Position numbers and translations under genes: made by a program. From Terriglobia bacterium (lineage in GTDB: Bacteria; Acidobacteriota; Terriglobia; Acidiferrales; UBA7541): 64,000 bases of DNA. The notes beneath the pieces are model-generated. The model did not search any database, was not told the origin of the DNA, and saw only the letters and a list, made by a program, of their open reading frames with translations. Shown in pieces: positions 39,059-48,081 of this stretch. The stretch is from assembly GCA_963695545.1 (NCBI GenBank), contig OY968796.1, positions 3,200,001-3,264,000 on the forward strand, given 5' to 3'. How positions within the stretch are numbered: position 1 is the first letter of the stretch; each line of letters begins with the position of its first letter.

Positions 39059-42000
39059 TTATTGGCCGGAGTCGATCGGGAGCTGCTGCTTGGCCCAGGC
39101 CAGGAGGTCCGGAAGATCGGCGATGTAAATGCGCGCGGTGTGGTCGCCGCTGGAGGTCAATAAGAACTTGCCGTCGGGAGAGAATTCGGCGACGTACACG
39201 CGATTGGTTTGGCCGGTGAGAATGCCCAGCAGGAGACCGGTTTGAGAATCCCACAGCCGCGCGGTGTTGTCTGAGCTGGAAGTGGCTACGCGAGTGCCAT
39301 CGGGCGAGAAGGCTGCGCTGGTGACCAAACTTGAATGACCGGAGAGCGTGGCGATCAAAGCGCCGGTGGAGGCCTTCCACACGCGGGCGGTATGGTCGGA
39401 GCTGGCGGTGACGATGTTCTCGCTGTCGCGCGAGAATTCCGCGTCGTTGACGGTTGCGGCGTGACCTGCGAGCGTCTGCAACAATTGGCCGGATGAGGCG
39501 TCCCACACGCGCGCGGTACTGTCGTAGCTAGCGGTGACGATCAGTTTGCCGTTCGGCGAGAAGACGGCGTGAGACACACCGCCGGTGTGACGGTCGAGCG
39601 TATGCACCAACTGGCCGGTGGCGGAATCCCACACGCGGGCGGTTTTGTCCATGCTGGCGGTGACCACGAGTTTGCTGTCAGGTGAAAACGTCGCCCAAAG
39701 CACAGCGCCCGTGTGCCCCAAGAGCGTGGCGAGCAAGCGGCCCGAGCTCGCGTCAAACAGCCGCGCGGTGTGGTCCTGGCTGGCGGTGACGATCTGCTTC
39801 CCGTCGGGGGAGAACTCTGCGTCATTCAACGCGGAGGCGTGGCCCGAGAGCGTCTCGAGCAAGCGCGCCGACGCGGCGTCCCACAGGCGCGCCGTGCTGT
39901 CGCCGTTCGCGGTAACGACGCTCTTGCCGTCGGGCGAGAACATCGCGGTGAAAACCCAAATTGGATTTCCGCCGGTCAGCGTGGCTTGCGATTGACCGGT
40001 GGCGGCGTCCCACACGCGCGCGGTTTTGTCCTGACTCGCGGTGACCACGTGCGTTCCGTCCGGCGAGAACTGCGCGTAGCACACGATCCCCGTGTGGCCG
40101 GTGAGAATTTCGACGGCGTGGCCGATATCGGAGTCCCATGCGCGGGCGGTGCCGTCTTGACCGGCGGTGACGATGCGCGTGCTGTCGGGAGAAAACGCGG
40201 CAGCGAGAACGGCTTGGGGATGACCGGTTAGATCTGCGAGAAGGTTTCCGGTCATGGCGTCCCACACACGGGCGGTGTGATCCTGGCTGGCGGTGACGAT
40301 GCGCAGCCCGTCGGGAGAAAACGTGGCTTCGCGCACTTCGGCGGTGTGGCCCGAGAACGTTGCGAGCGCGTTGCCGGTGCCGGTTTCCCATTCTCGCGCG
40401 GTGTCGTCGGCGCTGGCGGTGATGACGCGCGTGCCGTCGGGCGAAAATGCAGCGTCATACACGGCTCCAGCGTGGCCCGAGAGTGTGGTCACAAGATGGC
40501 CGGTTTGCGCGTCCCAGATGCGTGCTGTGTTGTCGGCGCTCGCGGTAGCGACGCGCGTGCTGTCGGGGGAGAACGTCGCTTCGTAGACCACGCCGGAGTG
40601 TCCCGTGAGCGTTGCGAGTGAACGGCCGGTCGCGGCGTCCCACACGCGCGCGGTGTGATCGTCGCTCGCGGTGACGACGAGTCTGCCACCGGACGAAAAC
40701 CGCGCGTCGTAAACCGTGCTGGTGTGGCCCGAGAGAGTTGCGAGAAGAGCGCCGGACTGCGCGTCCCAAACGCGCGCCGTGTTGTCGTCGCCGGCGGTGA
40801 CGATGCGAGTGCCATCGGGAGAAAACGACGCTTTGCGCACTTCGGCGGTGTGGCCGGTGAGCGTGGCGAGCAAATTGCCGCTCGCGGCGTCCCACACGCG
40901 CGCGGTGTTGTCCTGGCTTGCGGTGACGATGTGCGTGCTGTCGGGCGAGAACGCCGCATCGTTCACAGCGCCGGTGTGGCCCGAGAGCGTGGCGACGAGA
41001 TGGCCGGTGGAGGCGTCCCACACACGCGCCGTCTTGTCGGCGCTGGCGGTGACGATGTGTTTGCCATCGGGCGAGAACGACGCTACGTACACGGGACCGG
41101 CGTGATGCAAAATCAAATGCACGAGCGGTCCTTGCAGGACCGTGCGCAACGCGTACTCCGCCGGCTCCGACGGCGAGCGCTCGGCAGCTTGCACGGCTAA
41201 GGTGAGAGCTGAATCGAGCTGGCCGAAGGCGAGCGCTTGCTGAGACTGGGCGGCGAGTCTCGTCGAGTCGGCCGTAGCCACGAGACCAACGGCGCTGCGC
41301 CAGGCCCAGATTGAAGCGGCCATGCCGATCGCGAGCGCCACGGCGGCGACCACCGTGATTTTTTGCACGCGGCGGCGGATGCGTTCGCGGCGAGCCGCGT
41401 CCGCTTCGTAATGCTCGACGCTGGCTTCGATGAATTTGCGTTCGGCGGCGCTCAATTGCTGCGGCTTCGCGACGAGCCAAGTGCGCGCGCGCGTGAGCTT
41501 CAAGCCGGTGAGCAACGCTTCGGCTTTCTGGTCGGGCGGCGCTTTTTCCCAATCGCGCAAATCCTGTTCGAGTTGATCCTTGCCAATGAGGAATTCGCGT
41601 TCTTCGTCGAGCCAGCCGCGCAGCAGCGGCCATTTGCGCAGGAGCGCTTCGTGCGCCACCTCGACAAATGTTGTGTCGAGTTCCTTGTGAATAATGATCA
41701 GACGCGCTTTGGCAAGACGCTCGATGAGCGGGCGCGCTTTCGGCGGAAGCGCGTCGATCGGAGCGGGGCGGCGCACATATTCGCCGGCGGGATTGACGCG
41801 CACCATTGCGGGCACGAAAGCGTCGCGCAGCGCCTGCAAATCCTCGGGCGAGGGCTTCGCGGAGGCCAGAACTTCGTCCGCTTTGCGGCGCACGGCGTTT
41901 TCGAGCGGAGAGAGATGCGCGGATTCGTCGCCGAGCGCGAGATAGGCTTCGAGCGTGAGATGTTTTTTCTGGCCGAAGCGATCGTAGAGTTCGCGGAGGG

Positions 42001-43171
42001 CAAAAGCGAGCAAGGGAAGGGCATCGTCGGTTGCCGCATCGTGCATCGCGGAGACGATCAGCGCGTCGTCCACCGTGAGGCCGGCGACGCGAGCGGGGCC
42101 CTCGATGATGTCGCGCACGCGCGCGAGCGGCATGGGTTTGAACGAAAATTCCTCGAAGGGAGCGGTAAGCGCGGGGGCTTCCTGAAGCTGGCCGAGATAA
42201 TCGGAACGCAAGGCGAGGACTACGAGGAAGGGAAGATGCTCGTCCTGCAGGGCGTTGAGCACGCGCAAGAATTGTTCGGCTTGCGTTTTTTCGGCCGCGC
42301 CGAACAATTCTTCGGATTGATCGATGGTGATCAGGATTTGCGCTTCGTTCGAGCCGTGCGCGGCGCGAAGGTCGCGCGCGAGATCGGAAAGCGCGTGCGC
42401 GGGATCGTTCGCCGAGAACGCATCGCGCCACTGGCGCCAATTTGAGCTGGCGCCGAGCGCGGTGGCGATGGCCTGCGCGAGTTCTTCGAGCGGGTGAATT
42501 TGCGGGCGGAAGGGAGGGAGCGCGATCCAATTGCGTTTGTCGCGTTTCAAGCGCGGCAGAACGCCGGCGCGGATCAGCGAAGATTTTCCGGCGCCGGATG
42601 CGCCGAGCACGGCAACCATCTTGGCTCCGCCCTGCGCGCGACGGGCGTTCAAGCGCTCGATCAAGCGGCGGATATCGTCGTCGCGGCCGAAATAAATCGC
42701 GGCGTCGGCTTCGTCGAAGGCGAGCAGGCCGGGATAGGGAGGGCGCGTTTGGTCCCACTGGAATCCGCCGCGGGCATTGAGCACGATGCCGGTGAGCTCC
42801 GAGGCGAGGCGAGCCAGGCCGCCTTCGCGATCCTTGATGAGATCGAGATTCTGAATGTCGGGCGAGACGAAAGTTTCGCCGCTGGGAGCCTCGATCAGAG
42901 GAAAAATCGCTTTGCCGAGGGCGCGCGCCTGGGTGAATTCGGCGAAACACCATTTGCTGTCGAACCAATTCTTGGTGAGGATCAGCAGGACGGCTTCGGC
43001 GCTCGTCAATTCGCGATAGAGAGAACGTTCCCAATCGGAGCCGGGGGCGAGGCCGGCGTGCTTGTCGAAATCGAGAAAGGTTTCGGTGAAACCGTTGGCG
43101 TGCAGCCACTCGAGCAGGCGCGTGGCTTGCTCGGCGTCGCGACTGGAGTGGCTGATGAAAATGTGCGCCAA
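39059..43171 (-). CDS. TIR - STAND (nSTAND1-like) NTPase - TM - 16x WD40 protein
   Basis: TIR (IFISHSSRD…SKWCFAEF); PYPGLLAF…YFGR, GASGAGKSSL, IDQSEELF, ALRSDY, LPLLAFAL, EVAHEALL; hydrophobic helix; 16 WD40 repeats. TTG start with GGAGG RBS. Confidence 0.92.
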   Translation of the reverse strand: MAHIFISHSSRDAEQATRLLEWLHANGFTETFLDFDKHAGLAPGSDWERSLYRELTSAEAVLLILTKNWFDSKWCFAEFTQARALGKAIFPLIEAPSGETFVSPDIQNLDLIKDREGGLARLASELTGIVLNARGGFQWDQTRPPYPGLLAFDEADAAIYFGRDDDIRRLIERLNARRAQGGAKMVAVLGASGAGKSSLIRAGVLPRLKRDKRNWIALPPFRPQIHPLEELAQAIATALGASSNWRQWRDAFSANDPAHALSDLARDLRAAHGSNEAQILITIDQSEELFGAAEKTQAEQFLRVLNALQDEHLPFLVVLALRSDYLGQLQEAPALTAPFEEFSFKPMPLARVRDIIEGPARVAGLTVDDALIVSAMHDAATDDALPLLAFALRELYDRFGQKKHLTLEAYLALGDESAHLSPLENAVRRKADEVLASAKPSPEDLQALRDAFVPAMVRVNPAGEYVRRPAPIDALPPKARPLIERLAKARLIIIHKELDTTFVEVAHEALLRKWPLLRGWLDEEREFLIGKDQLEQDLRDWEKAPPDQKAEALLTGLKLTRARTWLVAKPQQLSAAERKFIEASVEHYEADAARRERIRRRVQKITVVAAVALAIGMAASIWAWRSAVGLVATADSTRLAAQSQQALAFGQLDSALTLAVQAAERSPSEPAEYALRTVLQGPLVHLILHHAGPVYVASFSPDGKHIVTASADKTARVWDASTGHLVATLSGHTGAVNDAAFSPDSTHIVTASQDNTARVWDAASGNLLATLTGHTAEVRKASFSPDGTRIVTAGDDNTARVWDAQSGALLATLSGHTSTVYDARFSSGGRLVVTASDDHTARVWDAATGRSLATLTGHSGVVYEATFSPDSTRVATASADNTARIWDAQTGHLVTTLSGHAGAVYDAAFSPDGTRVITASADDTAREWETGTGNALATFSGHTAEVREATFSPDGLRIVTASQDHTARVWDAMTGNLLADLTGHPQAVLAAAFSPDSTRIVTAGQDGTARAWDSDIGHAVEILTGHTGIVCYAQFSPDGTHVVTASQDKTARVWDAATGQSQATLTGGNPIWVFTAMFSPDGKSVVTANGDSTARLWDAASARLLETLSGHASALNDAEFSPDGKQIVTASQDHTARLFDASSGRLLATLLGHTGAVLWATFSPDSKLVVTASMDKTARVWDSATGQLVHTLDRHTGGVSHAVFSPNGKLIVTASYDSTARVWDASSGQLLQTLAGHAATVNDAEFSRDSENIVTASSDHTARVWKASTGALIATLSGHSSLVTSAAFSPDGTRVATSSSDNTARLWDSQTGLLLGILTGQTNRVYVAEFSPDGKFLLTSSGDHTARIYIADLPDLLAWAKQQLPIDSGQ
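39120..41110 (-). repeat. Intragenic WD40 tandem repeats, about 126-bp period, 16 units
   Basis: GHxxxVxxAxFSPDxxxxVTASxDxTARVWD counted 16 times; visible in DNA as recurring GCGTCCCACACGCGCGCGGT-like blocks. Confidence 0.9.
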
Positions 43172-43298
43172 GACGGTGCCTCCGGAAGAAGGAGAATACT
43201 TGCGGAAGATGAGACTGGCAAATGTTTAGCGGGGTTTTCGAGCATGCAAGTTCGGAATGGTGTAGGCTTGCCGCGTTTTGGAGTGCAGGAGAGATCGC

Positions 43299-43871
43299 AT
43301 GACCGTGTACACGGTGGTTTTGTTTTTGCATTTGGCCGGCGCGCTGTTTCTTTTTATGGATTTCGCGCTCGAGTGGTTGATTCAAGGGCGTGTGCACAAT
43401 GCGGCTACGCTGGAGCAGGCGGGGCGGTGGCTGGCGGCGGGGAAGCGCGTGCCGTTGATCGGGGCGATTGGCGGGATTTTGATATTCATTCCGGGGTTGT
43501 GGCTCGCGGCGCACGGAAAACTTTGGGATCAGGCGTGGATTCAAGCAGCGCTTACGACCGCTGTGGTGATCGTGGTGTTGGGCGCGGCCATTACGCGTCC
43601 GCGGATGGGAAAGCTGGCGAAGGCGGCGAAAGAGTCCGTGCCGGGAGCGGCGCAGGGAACGGGGCAAACGGGGTCGAGCTCGATCGCGCGGCTGGGAGAT
43701 CCGCTGATTGTTTATTCGCTGCGGATTCGCGTGATGCTCGGGTTCGGCGTGCTGTATCTGATGGCGGCGAAGCCGGGACTGATGGCGACGCTCGTGACGA
43801 TGGGCATCGCGTTGGTGCTGGGCATTGCGATCAGCGTTCCCGCGAGCAAGCGGCGCGAGATGACGAGCTAG
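43299..43871 (+). CDS. Hypothetical membrane protein (DUF2269-like)
   Basis: LFLHLAGA…PGLWLA…W…LMAAKPG pattern; 4-5 TM helices; start ATG 43299. Confidence 0.7.
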   Translation: MTVYTVVLFLHLAGALFLFMDFALEWLIQGRVHNAATLEQAGRWLAAGKRVPLIGAIGGILIFIPGLWLAAHGKLWDQAWIQAALTTAVVIVVLGAAITRPRMGKLAKAAKESVPGAAQGTGQTGSSSIARLGDPLIVYSLRIRVMLGFGVLYLMAAKPGLMATLVTMGIALVLGIAISVPASKRREMTS

Positions 43872-43890
43872 CGGCATCGGCAAAGGCGGC

Positions 43891-43919
43891 TTGAGCGGCG
43901 CGCGGCGGCGTGCTAATTT
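43891..43919 (+). promoter_or_regulatory. Putative sigma70 promoter of tRNA-Leu
   Basis: TTGAGC-N17-TAATTT with extended -10 TG, 12 bp before the tRNA. Confidence 0.45.
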
Positions 43920-43931
43920 GCTTGAACGCGG

Positions 43932-44017
43932 GCCGGAGTGGCGGAATGGCAGACGCGGCGGACTCAAAATCCGTTGGTCGCAAGGCCGTGTGGGTTCGAC
44001 TCCCTCCTCCGGCACCA
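43932..44017 (+). tRNA. tRNA-Leu(CAA)
   Basis: Acceptor GCCGGAG/CTCCGGC-A-CCA, D-loop GGAATGGCAGAC, anticodon arm GCGGA-CTCAAAA-TCCGT, long variable arm, T-loop GGTTCGACTCC. Confidence 0.97.
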
Positions 44018-44060
44018 CTTTTTTTCTGAGCAACATCCTCCCGTTCTCCATGCGTGCGAA

Positions 44061-45116
44061 TTATGGCGCGAGCTCGATCACTATGAATGTGTCCGGCAAG
44101 ATTGGCGGACGCGGGCGCGGCATGTCGGCCGTGGGCGCGGGCGCGGGACCGAAACTTGCGGTGACGACGTAGACGTAGTGCGTGGAGAGATCGACTTCCA
44201 TGGTGCGGGCGCCTTGCTGGGTGGGGACATTGCCAACGAGTTGGAAAGAGTCCGGCGTTATCTCTTTCACGACGGTCAGCGTGCCATCACCGTTTGAGCT
44301 GAAGGCGAGTTGTGTGCCGGGATCGAAGCGATTCGCGTCCACACCGCTGCCGATGGGGAGAGTCGCGACGACTTTGCCGGAGTCGGCGTCCATCACAGCC
44401 ATCAATTGATTGTGGCAGCCGATGAAGAGTCGGCGATGAGCGCGGTCTATCGCCATGCCGGAAGGGCCTTCACAAGGCGCGAGCGGCCAAGTGTTCAGCA
44501 GAGTGAGCTTCTGGGAATCGAGTTCGACGACTTCGCTTTTGTCCTCGAGATTCGCGTAGACGTGGCCCGCGGCATCGGACGCGGCGTATTCGGGGCGGCC
44601 GCCGAGAGGGATGCTGCCGGCGACGGCGCCCGTTGCGGCGTCGATAGCGGTTGAGGTGCCGGCGCGGCCGTTCATGGTGAAGACGCGCTTCGAGGCGGGG
44701 TCATAGATGATGGCGTCGGGGCCGGTGTCGGTCTTGACCTGCGCGATCGTGGACAGACTTTTGAGATCGAAGATGGTCACGGAGTCGGCGCGGCCGTCGC
44801 TGGTGAAGCCGCGATCGAATTCGGGCGCGAGAGCGATACCGTGGACGCCTTGGGTGTCGGGAATATCACCGACCAATTTTCCAGTAGGGAGATCGAGCAC
44901 CTGAACGTGGGTGCCGCGCGAGATGAAGAGACGATCCGTCGAGCTATCGATACCGAGGTAGTCCCATCCGTCGGAGCCGGGGACGGAAATCTTGCGGACG
45001 ATGTGGTAGCCGGAACCAGCGGACTGAGTCTGCGGAACCGGCGCGGCGGCGGCGAAGACGACGACGGCGGCCAAAACCGGGAATGCGAATCGGGGGAAAA
45101 GTCTAGCGGCGGACAT
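44061..45116 (-). CDS. Secreted YncE/YVTN-type beta-propeller protein
   Basis: Signal peptide; GWDYL, GVHGIA, GPDAIIYDP, GRPEY, CEGPSG, GARTM. Confidence 0.85.
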   Translation of the reverse strand: MSAARLFPRFAFPVLAAVVVFAAAAPVPQTQSAGSGYHIVRKISVPGSDGWDYLGIDSSTDRLFISRGTHVQVLDLPTGKLVGDIPDTQGVHGIALAPEFDRGFTSDGRADSVTIFDLKSLSTIAQVKTDTGPDAIIYDPASKRVFTMNGRAGTSTAIDAATGAVAGSIPLGGRPEYAASDAAGHVYANLEDKSEVVELDSQKLTLLNTWPLAPCEGPSGMAIDRAHRRLFIGCHNQLMAVMDADSGKVVATLPIGSGVDANRFDPGTQLAFSSNGDGTLTVVKEITPDSFQLVGNVPTQQGARTMEVDLSTHYVYVVTASFGPAPAPTADMPRPRPPILPDTFIVIELAP

Positions 45117-45229
45117 TATCGCTCGCCTCCTTCATACCTTTGAGGAATAGTTGGCGCGGAAGTACAGAATCCACTTGCGCGACGCATCACGCGTGCGTAA
45201 GATACCACCGCCGCAAGGAGAGCGGAGCG

Positions 45230-45649
45230 GTGCCGAAAGAAAAGCCGAAAGTAAATATCGGCCAAGTGATCCGGAATTATCGGGGCCAGCGCGGGCTGTC
45301 GCAAGGCGATATCGAACGGCGCACTGGTCTTCTGCGTTGCTATCTCTCTCGCGTTGAAAACGGGCACACCGTCCCGTCGCTTGAAACCCTCGCAAAAATT
45401 GCCGAAGCCATGGATATCGCGCTGGCGGATTTTTTCCCCGGAGCTGAGACTCCGCGCGATCGCGACACACAGAAGGCGCTCGGCGAGCTTTCCGAGGACG
45501 AGATTCGGTTTCTTTCCGAGATTAAGAAGTACAGCACCACGCTTTCCGACGGCGATAAGCGGCTGGTGCTGGCCATGATTCGCAAGATGGCGGTGATCAT
45601 TCCTCCTCCGCCGATGCGCAAGCCGGCGCCGCGACGTTCGGCTTTCTAG
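45230..45649 (+). CDS. XRE-family HTH transcriptional regulator
   Basis: IGQVIRNYRGQRGLSQGDIERRTGLLRCYLSRVENGHTVPSLETLAKIA; GTG 45230 after AAGGAG. Confidence 0.9.
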   Translation: MPKEKPKVNIGQVIRNYRGQRGLSQGDIERRTGLLRCYLSRVENGHTVPSLETLAKIAEAMDIALADFFPGAETPRDRDTQKALGELSEDEIRFLSEIKKYSTTLSDGDKRLVLAMIRKMAVIIPPPPMRKPAPRRSAF

Positions 45650-45683
45650 AATTCCATTCGCAGAATCCCCGAAGGAAAAGGCT

Positions 45684-45706
45684 GGAGGCCTGAAGGCCTC
45701 CGCTAC
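45684..45706 (-). repeat. REP-like palindrome, copy 3
   Basis: Reverse complement reads GTAGCGGAGGCCTTCAGGCCTCC. Confidence 0.8.
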
Positions 45707-45770
45707 AAAACCCTGCGGCCCAGGCCGTGCGGCGGAGGGCTTTCCGCGTCGATTCGGGATGTCCCTCCAT

Positions 45771-45922
45771 CCACACCCCGGTATGTTTTGCGAAAATGCA
45801 GAAAACAAAAGACTTCCAGGGAAAGAGTGCGGATGAGTGTGAAAATTCGGGTACTTAAAGTCCCTTATGTTCAGTGAGTTGCGCACTCTTTTGTAATGAA
45901 TTGAAAACAATGTGGTTACGGG
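45771..45922. repeat. Non-coding box array B, related to array A, with internal inverted repeat
   Basis: Starts CCCCGGTATGTTTT, four TGA-N11/12-TTA-type boxes (one inverted), perfect IR AAAGAGTGCG (45822-45831) / CGCACTCTTT (45882-45891), ends GGTTACGGG. Confidence 0.7.
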
Positions 45923-46032
45923 CGGAGAAAATGCGATCGCGGATGCACGTGACTGCGCACGGACAGGCGGGGATGGGACTGGGCGAGACGAGGGGGACGA
46001 CAATTCGAAATGGGTACCGGCGAACATAAAGA

Positions 46033-46061
46033 AGCATAGCACGAGTGTCTAGAGCTGTCAA
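46033..46061 (-). promoter_or_regulatory. Putative strong sigma70 promoter directed into array B
   Basis: Minus strand TTGACA-N17-TATGCT with extended -10 TG. Confidence 0.65.
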
Positions 46062-46285
46062 TTGCTAATTGAGTATTCGAATGGATTTCCACAGGGCGCA
46101 GTTCGCGAAGGCTTACATCGCCCGGCGCAGGCGAGCGGGAGCTTCGCCGCCAATCTTGAGAAAGTGAGGTTCCAACGCGCATAATCTCCCTCGCCGGGAC
46201 GAGCGCAAGCGGTTTTGCGCGAGCTTTTTCGATGCGTGCGGGAAACGAAGACTTAATTTGTGGCGAGTCCGCCGAGGAGACCTAG

Positions 46286-46738
46286 ATGACAGACAAACAA
46301 TCGGAGAAGGCGCAACCCGTGAAGGTCGTCGAGGCGGACATCTTCGACACGATGACGGAAACAGAGGAACTGGTGGCGCAGCGCGCATATGAAATCTATG
46401 AGTCGCGCGGCGGCGGGCACGGATCCGATCAGGACGATTGGTTCCGGGCGCAAGGGGAGGTGCTGAGGGAGGTCGCGGTCCGCTACGATGTGAGCGATAG
46501 CGACGTGCGATTAACGGCGCAGGTGCCCGGGTTCGATGCGAAAGATTTGGAAGTTGAGGTGGGGCATCGGCGCGCGGTTCTTCTGGGTGTCCACTTCGAT
46601 GCAAAGCAAGCCGCGAACAGCCGTCGCAGGGGGAAGAGGGTTATGGGGATTGTCGAGTTTCCGTTTGACGTTGAGCCACGATCGGCGCGGGCGACGCTCG
46701 AGGGCGGGACGCTGCGGGTGGTGTTGCAACGGGCGTGA
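46286..46738 (+). CDS. DUF2934-like domain fused to Hsp20/alpha-crystallin-like domain
   Basis: GAGGAG RBS; VAQRAYEIYESRG…DDWFRAQ then VPGFDAKDLEV…ATLEGGTLRVVL. Confidence 0.8.
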   Translation: MTDKQSEKAQPVKVVEADIFDTMTETEELVAQRAYEIYESRGGGHGSDQDDWFRAQGEVLREVAVRYDVSDSDVRLTAQVPGFDAKDLEVEVGHRRAVLLGVHFDAKQAANSRRRGKRVMGIVEFPFDVEPRSARATLEGGTLRVVLQRA

Positions 46739-46781
46739 GCGGCGCCGATCAAGCCGGGCTTGGATCAGTTCAAAATTCAGA

Positions 46782-47987
46782 CTACTCCTTCAGGGTTACG
46801 CGCGTGGCGTTCATCTGCGCTTTGATGACGAGCTCGGCGGCGAGCAGGCATTGAACTTGATCTTGCGCAACGTGCGTGCGGTTGACGATGTCGGCGACGA
46901 ACTCGGGGCCGAAGGGAAGCGGCATGTTGTTGCAATCGATGTAGCGCGCTTGTTTCGCGTCCACGATGAACAGATTGTTGCCTAGCTTGTTCACGGCCAC
47001 ATTCGTGTATTTGCGGATTTCGATGTAACCGTCTGTGCCGAGGATGAAGAGGCGGCCATCGCCCCAGGTGCCGAGACCGTCGGGCGTGAACCAATCGAGG
47101 CGCACGTAACCGAGACCGCGATCGCCGCGCAGAACCATGTCGCCGAAATCCTGGAAGCGGGGGCGATCGGGATGGCGGACGTTTGCAATTTGCGATTCGG
47201 CGACTTCGGCCTGGGTCGAGCTGGTGTAAAAAAGAAATTGATCGACTTGATGCGAACCGATGTCGCAGAGAATTCCGCCGTACTGATCGGGATTCCAGAA
47301 CCAATCGGGGCGCGGGGCGCCGCCGCCGGCATCGCCTGATCCTTGAATAATCTGATGAGGCGCGATGTTGATGGTCTGAATGACCTTGCCGATGGCGCCT
47401 TGCTGGACGAGGACTCCGGCGTACACGGCGGCTTTTACTTCGAGGCGCTCGCTGTACATGATGGCGTAGATGCGATGGGTTTCTGCGATCGTGCGGCGGA
47501 CGTCGGCGAGTTGCTCAAGCGTGGTCATGCCGGGCTTGTCGGAGAGAAAATCCTTGCCGTTCTTCATGGCGCGAATGCCGAGCGGTGCACGCTCATTGGC
47601 GATTTGTGAGCTGAGCACGAGCTGAACGGATGGGTCGTTCAGAATTTCATCCTGCGTCTTCACGATCTTGACGTCCGGAAATCGTTTGGCGAATGCTGCG
47701 AGCTTGTCCGGTTCGCCGCCCCATGCGGCGACGAGTTCGCCGCCTCCGCGCTGGATCGCGCCGATCATGCCGTAGATGTGGTCGTGGCTCATGCCGCAGA
47801 CGGCGAACTTGATGTGGTACTTCGGCGCTTCGTCGGTCTGCGCGGGGAGTGCGACGGATTCGATCACGTGGCCGCGCTCTCCGGCAAAGGCCATCGCGCT
47901 ATTCGGCAAGCCCGCCATCACGGCAACCGAGCCCATCAATCCGGTCTGCTTCAGAAAATCGCGCCGGCCGTTGGATTTCGTGTTCAT
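46782..47987 (-). CDS. Gfo/Idh/MocA family oxidoreductase with twin-arginine signal
   Basis: GRRDFLK, GKDFLSDKP, GGILCDIGSHQVD, WGDGR; ATG 47987 after GGAGG. Confidence 0.9.
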   Translation of the reverse strand: MNTKSNGRRDFLKQTGLMGSVAVMAGLPNSAMAFAGERGHVIESVALPAQTDEAPKYHIKFAVCGMSHDHIYGMIGAIQRGGGELVAAWGGEPDKLAAFAKRFPDVKIVKTQDEILNDPSVQLVLSSQIANERAPLGIRAMKNGKDFLSDKPGMTTLEQLADVRRTIAETHRIYAIMYSERLEVKAAVYAGVLVQQGAIGKVIQTINIAPHQIIQGSGDAGGGAPRPDWFWNPDQYGGILCDIGSHQVDQFLFYTSSTQAEVAESQIANVRHPDRPRFQDFGDMVLRGDRGLGYVRLDWFTPDGLGTWGDGRLFILGTDGYIEIRKYTNVAVNKLGNNLFIVDAKQARYIDCNNMPLPFGPEFVADIVNRTHVAQDQVQCLLAAELVIKAQMNATRVTLKE

Positions 47988-48081
47988 CGCTCCTCCGCAC
48001 TGCCAACGAGATTTCAACGCAAGAGACAAACGCGAGATTGCGGCTATGGCTCATGTCCTCGCGTCGTACACCGGGAGAATA

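Noticed and set aside
43932..44017. tRNA-Leu as attachment site of an integrated island
   Set aside because: No integrase, and I found no duplicate of the tRNA 3' end in the window by eye.
46021..46036. LexA-box-like CGAACATAAAGAAGCA near the array B promoter
   Set aside because: Does not fit GAAC-N7-GAAC or GAAC-N4-GTTC spacing; insufficient support.
45116..46042. 308-aa minus-strand ORF across array B and the XRE gene
   Set aside because: Overlaps a well-supported gene on the opposite strand, begins inside the promoter, and has no recognisable domain.
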